Below are positions 9,101 to 19,055 of a DNA stretch of 64,000 bases, piece by piece. The DNA is from an uncultured Fretibacterium sp. GTDB taxonomy: Bacteria; Synergistota; Synergistia; Synergistales; Aminobacteriaceae. The number at the start of each line of letters is the position of its first letter. Position 1 is the stretch's first letter. The stretch covers positions 4,297-68,296 of the forward strand of contig CALBPU010000181.1 of NCBI GenBank assembly GCA_937899395.1. Reading direction: 5' to 3'. The translations under genes and the position numbers were made by a program. A model generated the notes under the pieces. That model was given only the letters and a program-made list of their open reading frames with translations, was not told the origin of the DNA and did not search any database.

Positions 9101-9823
9101 AACCGTAAAATTAAATTCACCTGTTTGAGTAGGTGTACCTCTTAAAAAAAGATGTCCGTTTTCTGAAGTCAAGTTTACGTTCGGAGGAATTTTACCTGAT
9201 GCTGTCCATGTAATCGGAAGAGTTCCTGAAAATTTAACATCAAAATCATAATATTCGTTGACATAGGCAAAAGGTATTTCCTGACCTATCAAAATTTGAG
9301 GAAGAGCAGCAACCGTACCTGAACCGTTTCCAATTTTGCAGAGGCTTATATAAGCTCCGCTCTGTTTGATGCAATCCGCAAGACCTGCCCAAGTATGTTT
9401 TGTAACGTGAATGCCGCCGTCATTACCGTAATTGCCGTGCAAAAACCATACTTGAGCAGCTTCGATTTTTGCAATGATAACGAAATGAGGCGTTAATGTG
9501 CCGTTATGCCATGAGTCCCAACTCATTTGACCTATATCACCGATAACAGCCCTGCTAAAAACATCACAAATTTTTTGGGCTCTTGTTGTTGCGTCTTCAC
9601 CGCTGTAAGAATATGAAGCAACAGCAGACCTTTTCGATATGTCTCTTCCTTCATCACTCAAAACTTTTTGAGCGAACGTAAAGCAATCGTATTTGTATTT
9701 GTCATAATTTTTTTTGTAGTAGTCTTCGTCAGTATAATCATGATAAGTATGACCAACAGCAACAGAAGCGCTCATCGAGAAAACAATCAGAACGAAAATT
9801 AAAACTTGCAAAAATTTCTTCAC
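6110..9823 (-). CDS. Giant secreted surface protein: signal peptide, NlpC/P60-CHAP-like putative amidase domain, Ig-like domains, three LRR blocks, shared C-terminal domain
   Basis: ORF 6110-9844; likely GTG start at 9823, 9 nt after AAGGAG (KKFLQVLIFVLIVFSMSASVAVG signal peptide). YKYDCFTFAQKVL plus PHFVIIA looks like a Cys/His amidase. It has three GxPTxxGxFxFT Ig-type units and many LxxLxCxxNxLxxL repeats. The last 105 aa or so are homologous to the C-terminus of the 51979-55338 protein. Confidence 0.85.
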   Translation of the reverse strand: MKKFLQVLIFVLIVFSMSASVAVGHTYHDYTDEDYYKKNYDKYKYDCFTFAQKVLSDEGRDISKRSAVASYSYSGEDATTRAQKICDVFSRAVIGDIGQMSWDSWHNGTLTPHFVIIAKIEAAQVWFLHGNYGNDGGIHVTKHTWAGLADCIKQSGAYISLCKIGNGSGTVAALPQILIGQEIPFAYVNEYYDFDVKFSGTLPITWTASGKIPPNVNLTSENGHLFLRGTPTQTGEFNFTVQGSNLAGYGTAVDFKIIVSAQPVIPENDNPLGDDGSLDVNDSAKIPDMTFRELLKSFFANLFQRNSRDKDGDTENYVLTREQIASVKELNLSGYSISSLVGINYFTSLEKLNCSSNNLNTLNVMGLKNLVLLECSDNQLQNLYVNGCTKLETLNCYDNIIRGSLNISGCTALKSVSCYNNKFEWFNMSGCADLEYLDCSDNNADFLSVRNFTKLKTLRCDSNILTTLYVNNCTALEELYIPESVTELDLRGCSSLRGISDLYNHNLTKLNVSGTALYTLECEGNQLTELIIDNCTELTQINCAENEITRLDTSTCPNLQWIICDDKVTEIICPEGDLPIDAVHFPDVGFRAYLAYLNSYNGGSNSNFVFRKDDKDIERIKNLDFPGYFYNMSDVTGIENFTELTSLSCNENQIKKLDLSKNTKLKYLDCSGNQLEELNITNCTELKTLYCYRNSLDKLDTSTNKKLKTLNCDEKVMEIICPEGDIPIDYVHFPDDEFRTQLRYINANYGGSKSNFVFRKADKDIARLTELNVNTKNLQGIEYLTSLKKLDCSSSGIKKLDLTKNTALQELRCSDNSLSSLNVTKNTKLTYLDCHNNKLKSLNVTKNTKLKTLLCNANTLTALNISKNTALTTLDCSQNLISEIDATSCPNLVNIYCGDTNVVRMILNGSFTKGIVNKSYDISVNVKGGKAGYKWSKSGNIPSGLSFKTSGATAKLTGKPTKAGKFEFSLTVTDKNGTSISNEYAITVTKTTISGTLTASGVLKKSYSSSLTVSKGTSPYKWSVSSGKIPDGLTLSADTKGTKVTLKGKPTKTGTFSFTLKVADKNKAAASKKCKITVAKSSTSTKTQNDSKDSNNLTDENSLPLKISPQEFLMKQNELNEISSQTGSYMITELKVLSEDILWQGEGKDEDLIEVKINQPVRFIISEWVNADGSKVEILPEEIYVYVDDEAVEEIIVDNEEDEMKFTLPSEFVHDDFKVQARTDKFETSELYLSAVE
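7508..7690 (-). repeat. Internal duplication unit 2 (LRR N-cap module CDEKVMEIICPEGDIPIDYVHFPDDEFR...FVFRKADKDIARLTELN)
   Basis: About 183 nt, closely similar at DNA and protein level to 7952-8133. Confidence 0.7.
7952..8133 (-). repeat. Internal duplication unit 1 (CDDKVTEIICPEGDLPIDAVHFPDVGFR...FVFRKDDKDIERIKNLD)
   Basis: Paralogous to 7508-7690. For example, acggaaaacgaaattgct occurs in both copies. Confidence 0.7.
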
Positions 9824-9859
9824 GGGCAAAAACTCCTTGCTCAATTAAATTTTAACGGG

Positions 9860-11860
<2,001 letters not shown>

Positions 11861-13381
11861 TTATGCTTTCGGTTTCATAGTCGGGAAAAGAATTACATCA
11901 CGGATTGAACGTGCGCCTGTTAAAAACATAACGATTCTGTCCATTCCGATTCCCATTCCTCCGGTAGGCGGCAAACCTGCTTCGATTGCATTAATGAAAT
12001 CCTCATCGAAAACATGTGCTTCATCGTCTCCGGCTTCTTTTTTGCGAGCCTGATCCTCAAATCTTTCACGCTGATCAATAGGGTCATTTAATTCACTGAA
12101 GGCATTTGCAACCTCTTTACCGTACATGAAAAGCTCAAATCTGTGAGTGTAATCAGGATTTTCAGGATCACGTTTTGATAACGGAGAAATTTCGGTCGGG
12201 TGTCCTAATAAAAATGTAGGCTCAATTAATTTTTCCTCACCGAACGCTTCAAACATCAAATTCAAAACTGCGAACTTGCTTTCATGGCCTGTTAATTCAG
12301 CTCCGAGACCTTTTGATTTTGCAATTTCTCTTGCTTCTTCGTCGGATTTAACTGCGTCAAAATCAACTCCCGCATATTCTTTAACGGCTTCTCTCATTGT
12401 AATTCGTTTGAAAGGTTTTGAGAGGTCTAATTTAATTCCGTTCCATTCGATTTCAAGAGTTCCGATAGCTTTTGCAGCATTACGGATTAATTCTTCAGCT
12501 AAGTTCATCATGTCAACGTAATTACAATAAGGCCAATAAACTTCCATCATCGTAAATTCAGGATTGTGCATTGTGTCAATACCTTCGTTACGGAAGTTAC
12601 GCCCGATTTCATAGACACGCCCCATCATTCCGACGACTAAACGTTTCAAATAAAGTTCAACGGCTATTCTCATGTACATATCAAGACCGAGAGCATTATG
12701 AAAAGTTTTGAAAGGTCTTGCGTTAGCTCCACCTGCCAAAACCGAAAGTATAGGTGTTTCAACTTCGAGTGTGCCGTGTTTTTCAAGAGTTTCTCTGAAA
12801 GATGAAATAATTTTTGAACGTTTACGAAATACATCACGGATTTCAGGATTAGCGATTAAGTCCATGTAGCGTTTTCTGTAACGAATTTCAGTGTCGGTTA
12901 AGCCGTGCCATTTTTCGGGTAAAGGTCTTATAGCTTTGCTTAGGAGTTTATATTCCTTAACTAAAATCGTAAGCTCACCTCTTCTTGTTCTGCAAGGATA
13001 GCCTACAACTCCGATCCAGTCTCCGGTATCAACCCATTTTTTCAAGAAATCATATTCTTTTTCACCGACAGAATTTAATTGGAAATATAATTGAATTCTA
13101 GACGTTTCGTCAGCAAGGTCGGCAAATGTTGCTTTACCTTGTCTTCTGACTGTCATAACTCGGCCTGCGGTTTTAATTACGCTGTCTTGAGCTTCTTGTT
13201 CGGGTTCGAGATATTCAAAATTTTTTCGGATTTCTTCAAGCGTGATTTCCCTGTCCCAAGTTTCATTAACATAAGGGTCATAACCTTCTTCGGATTTCAA
13301 ACGCAATAATTTTTCTTTACGCTGTCTAACAACTTCATTGTCTTCTGAATTAAAATTTTCCTGTAAAATTTCTTCAGGCAT
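11861..13381 (-). CDS. lysS: Lysine--tRNA ligase (class II)
   Basis: 506 aa. OB anticodon domain, class II motifs (YEIGRNFRNEG, GGMGIGMDRIVMFL), ELFxxGxExANAFSELNDP. Confidence 0.95.
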   Translation of the reverse strand: MPEEILQENFNSEDNEVVRQRKEKLLRLKSEEGYDPYVNETWDREITLEEIRKNFEYLEPEQEAQDSVIKTAGRVMTVRRQGKATFADLADETSRIQLYFQLNSVGEKEYDFLKKWVDTGDWIGVVGYPCRTRRGELTILVKEYKLLSKAIRPLPEKWHGLTDTEIRYRKRYMDLIANPEIRDVFRKRSKIISSFRETLEKHGTLEVETPILSVLAGGANARPFKTFHNALGLDMYMRIAVELYLKRLVVGMMGRVYEIGRNFRNEGIDTMHNPEFTMMEVYWPYCNYVDMMNLAEELIRNAAKAIGTLEIEWNGIKLDLSKPFKRITMREAVKEYAGVDFDAVKSDEEAREIAKSKGLGAELTGHESKFAVLNLMFEAFGEEKLIEPTFLLGHPTEISPLSKRDPENPDYTHRFELFMYGKEVANAFSELNDPIDQRERFEDQARKKEAGDDEAHVFDEDFINAIEAGLPPTGGMGIGMDRIVMFLTGARSIRDVILFPTMKPKA

Positions 13382-13454
13382 TAAAAATTTTCTCCTTTAT
13401 AATAATCTTTAGATATATTTTATTACACGTGAAAAATTTTCAAGAGGTGAAATA

Positions 13455-14831
13455 ATGGCTCAACAAATTACGAAATATATTTGCTCCGAATGCGGCCATG
13501 TTACGACAACTAAGACGGGGAAATGTCCTTCATGTAATTCATGGGGAACGTTTGAGATTTTGCCCGAAGTTTCATCATCTAATAAAAATTCATCAGCGAA
13601 AAAAAATTTACCCAACATAAAAATCATTAATGCCCTCGAAGTTAAAACACCTCGAAGAATTTCAACAGGCATTGAAGAATTTGACAGGGTTTTAGGAGGA
13701 GGATTAGTTCCCGGAAGCGTGATATTAATCGGAGGTCAGCCCGGTATAGGTAAATCGACATTATTGTTGCAGGCCGCCGGAAGTGTAGCGAAAAATTATA
13801 ACGTACCTGTTTTATATATATCAGGTGAAGAATCCGACGCTCAAGTTGCTTTAAGGGCTTCGAGAATTAATACTGCTTCGGAAAATTTATTTTTGTATTC
13901 AGGCTCTGAACTTGAAGACGCATTAATCAATCTTGAAAATAATAATTTCGCATTTTTCGTTTTGGATAGTGTGCAAGCAATGTCAGCGGATAATAATTCG
14001 GGTTGGGTTGGAACAGTAACACAGGTTAGAGCGGTTGCTCAGAGAGTAATAGATACTGCACGTGAGAAAAAAATTCCTGCTGTAATGATTGGACACATAA
14101 CTAAAGACGGAAAAATTGCAGGGCCAATGATGTTGGAACACATGGTTGACACTGTATTAAATTTTTCGGGAGAAGGTTATTCGGCGTATAGAATGTTAAG
14201 AGCCGTTAAAAATCGTTACGGAAGCACGGACGAGTTAGGAATATTTGAGATGCTTGAGGACGGATTGAAACCTGTAACGGATAAGAGCGGATTATATTGG
14301 AACAGGGAAGATTCGGCAGTACCAGGAGTAGCGATGACGATAGCTCTTGAGGGCAACACACCTTTAGCCGCAGAAATTCAAACTCTTGCAGCAAAAACAA
14401 TTTTCCCGTATCCGAGAAGGACATCAAGGGGAATTGAATTAAATCGTTTTCAATTATTAACGGCTGTAATAGACAGACGGTGCAGAATTTCGACATTAAG
14501 TCATGATTTATATATAAATGTTGCGGGCGGATTAACTTTGCAAGACCCTTCAGCGGATTTACCGGCATGTGCAGCGATTGCGAGTGCATTGAAAAATGTT
14601 TCGCTTCAATCAGGGACATGTTGGTTAGGTGAGGTTGGATTAGCAGGAGAGGTTCGACCTGTAACGAGGATTGATTTAAGGTTAAAGGAGGCTGCGCGAT
14701 TAGGATTTCACACGGCAGTAGTAAGTTCGAGGGAGCAAATAAAATTTTCGGGAATAAAAATAATTCGAGTATCGCATATTGATGAAGCACTCGCAGGATT
14801 AATAGTTGCTAATTCCACACAAAGCCGTTAG
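13455..14831 (+). CDS. radA: DNA repair protein RadA/Sms
   Basis: N-terminal CSECGHVTTTKTGKCPSC zinc finger, Walker A GGQPGIGKST, KNRYG motif, Lon-like C-terminal domain. Confidence 0.95.
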   Translation: MAQQITKYICSECGHVTTTKTGKCPSCNSWGTFEILPEVSSSNKNSSAKKNLPNIKIINALEVKTPRRISTGIEEFDRVLGGGLVPGSVILIGGQPGIGKSTLLLQAAGSVAKNYNVPVLYISGEESDAQVALRASRINTASENLFLYSGSELEDALINLENNNFAFFVLDSVQAMSADNNSGWVGTVTQVRAVAQRVIDTAREKKIPAVMIGHITKDGKIAGPMMLEHMVDTVLNFSGEGYSAYRMLRAVKNRYGSTDELGIFEMLEDGLKPVTDKSGLYWNREDSAVPGVAMTIALEGNTPLAAEIQTLAAKTIFPYPRRTSRGIELNRFQLLTAVIDRRCRISTLSHDLYINVAGGLTLQDPSADLPACAAIASALKNVSLQSGTCWLGEVGLAGEVRPVTRIDLRLKEAARLGFHTAVVSSREQIKFSGIKIIRVSHIDEALAGLIVANSTQSR

Positions 14832-15924
14832 GAATATTATTAAGTTTCCATGAAGCCTTTGAGATATAAATTACGTGATATTTATACTCATTATTGTTCC
14901 ATCGTGCTTTCTCCGGCCATCTAGAATAAGGCGGTCGTTCATGAATTCTTCCGTCTTTACCTCCGCTTGCTAAAACCCAAAGAGTTAAAATATTTGTTTC
15001 TGTATCAAGTTCCATGTAAATTTCTAAAATGTTTCTTTCGTGAGGTCGACGTTCGCTCCAATCCGCGTAATCGTATTTGTTTGTTGTTAGTTTTTGAAAT
15101 CTAAAATTTTTTTCAGTATCTTCATCATCTAACTTCCCTGCAAATAATCTTTCGCATTTAAGATAGAGTAATTCATCACCACTAATGATTATCGGATTAG
15201 CAGATGTTGGAGTGATAGTGTCAAGAAATTTTAGCTCTATTTTTTTATTAGTCTTAGTTGGTACATTCTCTATAAATAGCGGCTCTCCTGCTCCAACCAT
15301 AACAGCATAGCTATTAATCTCTTGTTTTCGTTTGTTTACTTTATCTTCTTTAGAAAATTGTGAACCGTCATCCTTATATTCATCAGGACTTATCAATTCA
15401 TATTTAGGTTTGTAAGGATCAGTTTCAGTTTCAATTACAGATTTATTTACAATCATAAAATTTCGATCAAGGTCTCTTTGAGCATAAAGCAGAGTCAAAA
15501 TATTTCCATATTGAATTGTATGTTTGTCCGAGTTTTCATATGTTTCATCAGGGCTTGCTACTTTTAAATCACTGTCTGTGAGGACATCTTTATATTGATA
15601 GGTAATTGCTACAGGAAGCCTTAACTGTTCAGTGCCCTTGATTTTTAGTGGTTTATATCCAGCCTCGTTAATGAATAAATCAAAGACATCGCGATATTGC
15701 TTTGAGCTTGTTAATCTCCACATCCCCAACCCTGCATTCTTTATCCTGCTGTCAACATACGAAATAACTCTTTGCCCTCTTTCACGTGCCGTTAAAATCT
15801 GCTGCGTTCCGCTCCCAAATGATACCAATAAATAAAATGTCCCGCACAAAACTAATATAAATCCTGCCTGCAATAACATTACCGTTAAAATTTCCGCCAA
15901 TATAAATCCCTTTGAACGTCTCAT
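14809..15924 (-). CDS. Prepilin-type N-terminal cleavage/methylation-domain protein (orphan minor-pilin/pseudopilin-like)
   Basis: The N-terminus MRRSKG|FILAEILTVMLLQAGFILVL fits the class III signal peptide (G-1, F+1, E+5, hydrophobic helix). The remaining 340 aa are unassigned. The 3' end overlaps the radA 3' end by 23 nt (convergent). Confidence 0.7.
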   Translation of the reverse strand: MRRSKGFILAEILTVMLLQAGFILVLCGTFYLLVSFGSGTQQILTARERGQRVISYVDSRIKNAGLGMWRLTSSKQYRDVFDLFINEAGYKPLKIKGTEQLRLPVAITYQYKDVLTDSDLKVASPDETYENSDKHTIQYGNILTLLYAQRDLDRNFMIVNKSVIETETDPYKPKYELISPDEYKDDGSQFSKEDKVNKRKQEINSYAVMVGAGEPLFIENVPTKTNKKIELKFLDTITPTSANPIIISGDELLYLKCERLFAGKLDDEDTEKNFRFQKLTTNKYDYADWSERRPHERNILEIYMELDTETNILTLWVLASGGKDGRIHERPPYSRWPEKARWNNNEYKYHVIYISKASWKLNNIPNGFVWN

Positions 15925-16018
15925 AAATTTTTTCTCCTTTTGCGTAATTTATTCTTGTAAAAATTTTACTTTTAGGGTTATTATACTCATTAATAAAATT
16001 TATTGGGGGTAAATCAAA

Positions 16019-16387
16019 ATGGAAAAATTAAGCGTATTCAAATGTGCTAAGTGCGGCAATATCGTTGAAGTTATGCACGCCGGTAAAGGAACTCTTTCAT
16101 GCTGCGGTGAACCTATGAAACAGCTTGTCGAAAATACAACCGATGCTGCTCAGGAAAAACATGTTCCTGTTCTCGAAGGTACTGAAGTTAAAGTCGGAAG
16201 CGTCGCTCACCCTATGCAGGACGCTCATTATATCGAATGGATTGAAGTTATTAACGGTAACAGGATTTGCAGGCAGTTCCTTAATCCCGGCGAAGCTCCT
16301 GAAGCTGAATTTCATTGCGCTAAATCAGGTTCAGTATTGCGTGAATTCTGCAACCTTCACGGACTTTGGAAAGCTGAAGTGAAATAA
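16019..16387 (+). CDS. dfx: Desulfoferrodoxin (2Fe superoxide reductase)
   Basis: N-terminal desulforedoxin-like [10 protein letters not shown]...SCCGEPM. EKHVP, HPM..H and a C-terminal C..H fit the centre II ligand pattern. Confidence 0.9.
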   Translation: MEKLSVFKCAKCGNIVEVMHAGKGTLSCCGEPMKQLVENTTDAAQEKHVPVLEGTEVKVGSVAHPMQDAHYIEWIEVINGNRICRQFLNPGEAPEAEFHCAKSGSVLREFCNLHGLWKAEVK

Positions 16388-16389
16388 TC

Positions 16390-16878
16390 ATGAAACTTTC
16401 TGACGCAATGATTGTTGCGATTAACGATCAGATTAAAGCTGAATTTGATTCCGCTTATATCTATCTCGCAATGTCATCATATTTTGAAAGCGAAGGATTT
16501 TCCGGCATGGCTCACTGGATGAAAAAACAATACAGTGAAGAAGTCGAACATGCTGAAAAATTTATTGCTTATCTTTATCAAAGGGGCGCACGTTTCATAG
16601 TTCCTGAAATCGCTAAACCTAAAGAAACTTACGAAAACGCTCTCGATGTTTTCAAAACTGCTTATGCTCATGAACAATATGTAACCTCTCGAATTTATAA
16701 GCTCGTTGATCTTGCCGTTGAGGAAAAAGATTATGCAACTCAATCAATGTTAAAGTGGTTCGTCGATGAGCAAATGGAAGAAGAGGACAACACATGCAGC
16801 ATAGTCAGCAAACTTGAAATGCTCGGAAGCGATAAACATCATGTCTATATTGTCGACCGAGAACTTCTTTCTCGTTAA
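16390..16878 (+). CDS. ftn: Non-haem ferritin
   Basis: 162 aa. INDQIKAEFDSAYIYLAMSSYFE...EEVEHAEKF...AYAHEQYVT...WFVDEQMEEE matches ferritin ferroxidase ligand spacing. It starts 2 nt after dfx. Confidence 0.9.
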   Translation: MKLSDAMIVAINDQIKAEFDSAYIYLAMSSYFESEGFSGMAHWMKKQYSEEVEHAEKFIAYLYQRGARFIVPEIAKPKETYENALDVFKTAYAHEQYVTSRIYKLVDLAVEEKDYATQSMLKWFVDEQMEEEDNTCSIVSKLEMLGSDKHHVYIVDRELLSR

Positions 16879-16951
16879 AACCTTCTAATTTTTTAATTTA
16901 GTTGGAAGCTCTGTTTTGAGGAAATTTTCAGGGCTTCCTTCTTTTCAAACA

Positions 16952-17749
16952 ATGAATAACGAAAAATTAAAATCATTTCTCGACGGTCTTTATTACATTT
17001 ATCAGCGAAGAGAATTAATTAATCCTGATCCTTTGTTTTTCCTTTATGATTATAAAAATGTCAGAGACTTGGAAATTGTTGGGCTTGTAGCATCGTCGTT
17101 AGCTTACGGAAGAGTTGCCCAGATTATGAAGAGCGTTAAAACTGTTTTGTCATGTCTGAACGATGAACCTTATAAATTTTTAACGTCAAATAAAAATTTC
17201 AATATCGTTCCTGAAAATTTCAAACACAGATTTACAACAGCTCAAGACATGAATAACTTGCTCGCAAATATTTCAGACATCATAAAAAATTACGGAAGCC
17301 TTGAAAATTTTTTAGGCGATTGCATGAAAACTTCTTTCCATAATATTTTTTTAGCTCTCAATAAATTTTCAGAAGGATTATCACGCAACAAAATTGACGG
17401 TTCCTTTTCACTTGTTACGGCTCCTAAAGACGGAAGTGCTTGCAAAAGATTATTTTTATATTTGAAATGGTTAGTGAGACATGACGAAGTTGATCCGGGA
17501 GGCTGGAAAGTTTTGAAGCCCGAAAATTTAATTGTCCCTACCGATACACACATGCACAATATAGCGATGAAGTTAGCTTTTACGAAGCGAAAACAAGCAG
17601 ACTTGAAAACAGCTATCGAAATTACGGAAGGCTTCAAAAAAATTTGTCCCGAAGATCCTGCGAAATATGATTTTGTTTTAACACGTTTCGGAATTAGGGC
17701 AGGTCTTAATGTCGATGAGCTTTCAGAACTTTTTAAGGAAGGAGATTAA
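16952..17749 (+). CDS. TIGR02757/DUF2400-family protein
   Basis: ORF 16916-17749; likely ATG at 16952. Pattern ...LAYGRVAQI...HRF...DGSACKRLFLYLKWLVRHDEVDPGGW...PTDTH...DPAKYDFVLTRFG matches my recollection of this family. Confidence 0.65.
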   Translation: MNNEKLKSFLDGLYYIYQRRELINPDPLFFLYDYKNVRDLEIVGLVASSLAYGRVAQIMKSVKTVLSCLNDEPYKFLTSNKNFNIVPENFKHRFTTAQDMNNLLANISDIIKNYGSLENFLGDCMKTSFHNIFLALNKFSEGLSRNKIDGSFSLVTAPKDGSACKRLFLYLKWLVRHDEVDPGGWKVLKPENLIVPTDTHMHNIAMKLAFTKRKQADLKTAIEITEGFKKICPEDPAKYDFVLTRFGIRAGLNVDELSELFKEGD

Positions 17750-17804
17750 TAATAATGGCAATATTAGAAATTTTGAGAGAAGCACTCTCAACTCTTAACG
17801 TACA

Positions 17805-18248
17805 ATGAAAAAATATAATTTTTACGGCTTTGAAGATTCGTTCAACGTTCATTCAATCGATAACAAATACAAAAACATTAACACACCTTCAGATTTATAC
17901 GAGGCATTGTTAAAAATCTGGTGCGAATATTCATGTGCTCCTCGAATGCGCTTAAATTGGAGCTACGAAAATATTACTCTCGGTCAATGTTCAATAACGG
18001 CGTTCTTAGCTCAGGATATTTTCGGCGGAAAAGTTTTCGGCATTCCGAGAGATGAGGGAAATGTTCATTGCTACAATGTGGTTGACGGCCATGTCTTTGA
18101 TTTAACGAGCGAACAATTTCAAGGCGAAATTTTGGATTACAGCAACAACCCCGAACAATTCCGTGAAAAACATTTTGCAAAGGAAGAAAAACGACAACGT
18201 TATGAATATTTGAAAACTGAACTCAAAAAATTGAAAGGAGCTTTTTAA
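17805..18248 (+). CDS. Hypothetical protein, YunG-like
   Basis: 147 aa. W...LGQCSITAFLAQDIFGGKV....HCYN...G.VFDLTSEQF resembles the YunG family pattern. Function unknown. Confidence 0.45.
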   Translation: MKKYNFYGFEDSFNVHSIDNKYKNINTPSDLYEALLKIWCEYSCAPRMRLNWSYENITLGQCSITAFLAQDIFGGKVFGIPRDEGNVHCYNVVDGHVFDLTSEQFQGEILDYSNNPEQFREKHFAKEEKRQRYEYLKTELKKLKGAF

Positions 18249-18250
18249 TC

Positions 18251-18967
18251 ATGAAGAAATTTATTTTAGCTTTGTTGTGTGTATTATTATTTTCGGGAGA
18301 AGTTTTTGCGGAACTTTGGCAAAATCAAAATCTCAAAATCTCTGAACTCGGTAAAGTTTTCATAATGCCGTTTGAAACAAAATCTGAAGCAGGCACGCAA
18401 TTAATTCCTGAAAGCCAGTTGAAAAATAATTTATATTCATGGGCAAATAACGGAATTAATTCAGCTCTCAAAAAATCAAAAATCAAACTTACCGTAAAAT
18501 CTCTCGAAGCTCTAACTGAAGACATTAAATTTGTTTACAATGATAACGTCTCAGTGAGTGATGATTTATTTTTCCAGCACGCTAAAGAATTAGGTTACAA
18601 CGCTTTCATAACTTGCAAAATAGAACAGCGTTTTCAGACAGAACATATTCCCGAACAAATTCGGACTTATACGGAGTACAGGGAAATTCAGAAACGAGAC
18701 AGCAAAGGAAGAATAATTGAAACAATAAGAATCCCTGAAGAAAAAACTGAAATCACTCCGGCTCATGATGTAACATATTTATACACATTATGCGAACCGA
18801 AATTATTTATGACAAGCGAACGAAACGGAGAATATTATGCTGCTTCAAGCCAAAATATTTACAGAGAATATCAAGGCGGGCCTGTAATGAAAGTTGTTGA
18901 AAATATCGTTAATGCGACGATGAAAGAATTATTTACCGTCAACGAAAAAATTAAAAAACGAAAATAA
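18251..18967 (+). CDS. Secreted hypothetical protein
   Basis: 238 aa with signal peptide MKKFILALLCVLLFSGEVFA; no recognisable domain. It starts 2 nt after the previous gene. Confidence 0.5.
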   Translation: MKKFILALLCVLLFSGEVFAELWQNQNLKISELGKVFIMPFETKSEAGTQLIPESQLKNNLYSWANNGINSALKKSKIKLTVKSLEALTEDIKFVYNDNVSVSDDLFFQHAKELGYNAFITCKIEQRFQTEHIPEQIRTYTEYREIQKRDSKGRIIETIRIPEEKTEITPAHDVTYLYTLCEPKLFMTSERNGEYYAASSQNIYREYQGGPVMKVVENIVNATMKELFTVNEKIKKRK

Positions 18968-18978
18968 AGTGAAATAAA

Positions 18979-19016
18979 AATTCCCCTCAGATTTTTGAAG
19001 TCTAAGGGGAATTTTT
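18979..19016. terminator. Bidirectional intrinsic terminator
   Basis: TTCCCCT (18981-18987) pairs with AGGGGAA (19005-19011), flanked by an A-run and a T-run. It lies between convergent genes. Confidence 0.55.
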
Positions 19017-19055
19017 CAATAAGTTAGGAGATTTTTGCTGAAATTTAACTGGTGG

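Noticed and set aside
14206-14790. 194-aa minus-strand ORF inside radA. Similar long antisense ORFs include 47010-47474, 3012-3359, 17290-17637, 39679-40026 and 20221-20556.
   Set aside because: These are shadow ORFs fully embedded antisense in genes with unambiguous family motifs. They have no RBS and no recognisable domains.
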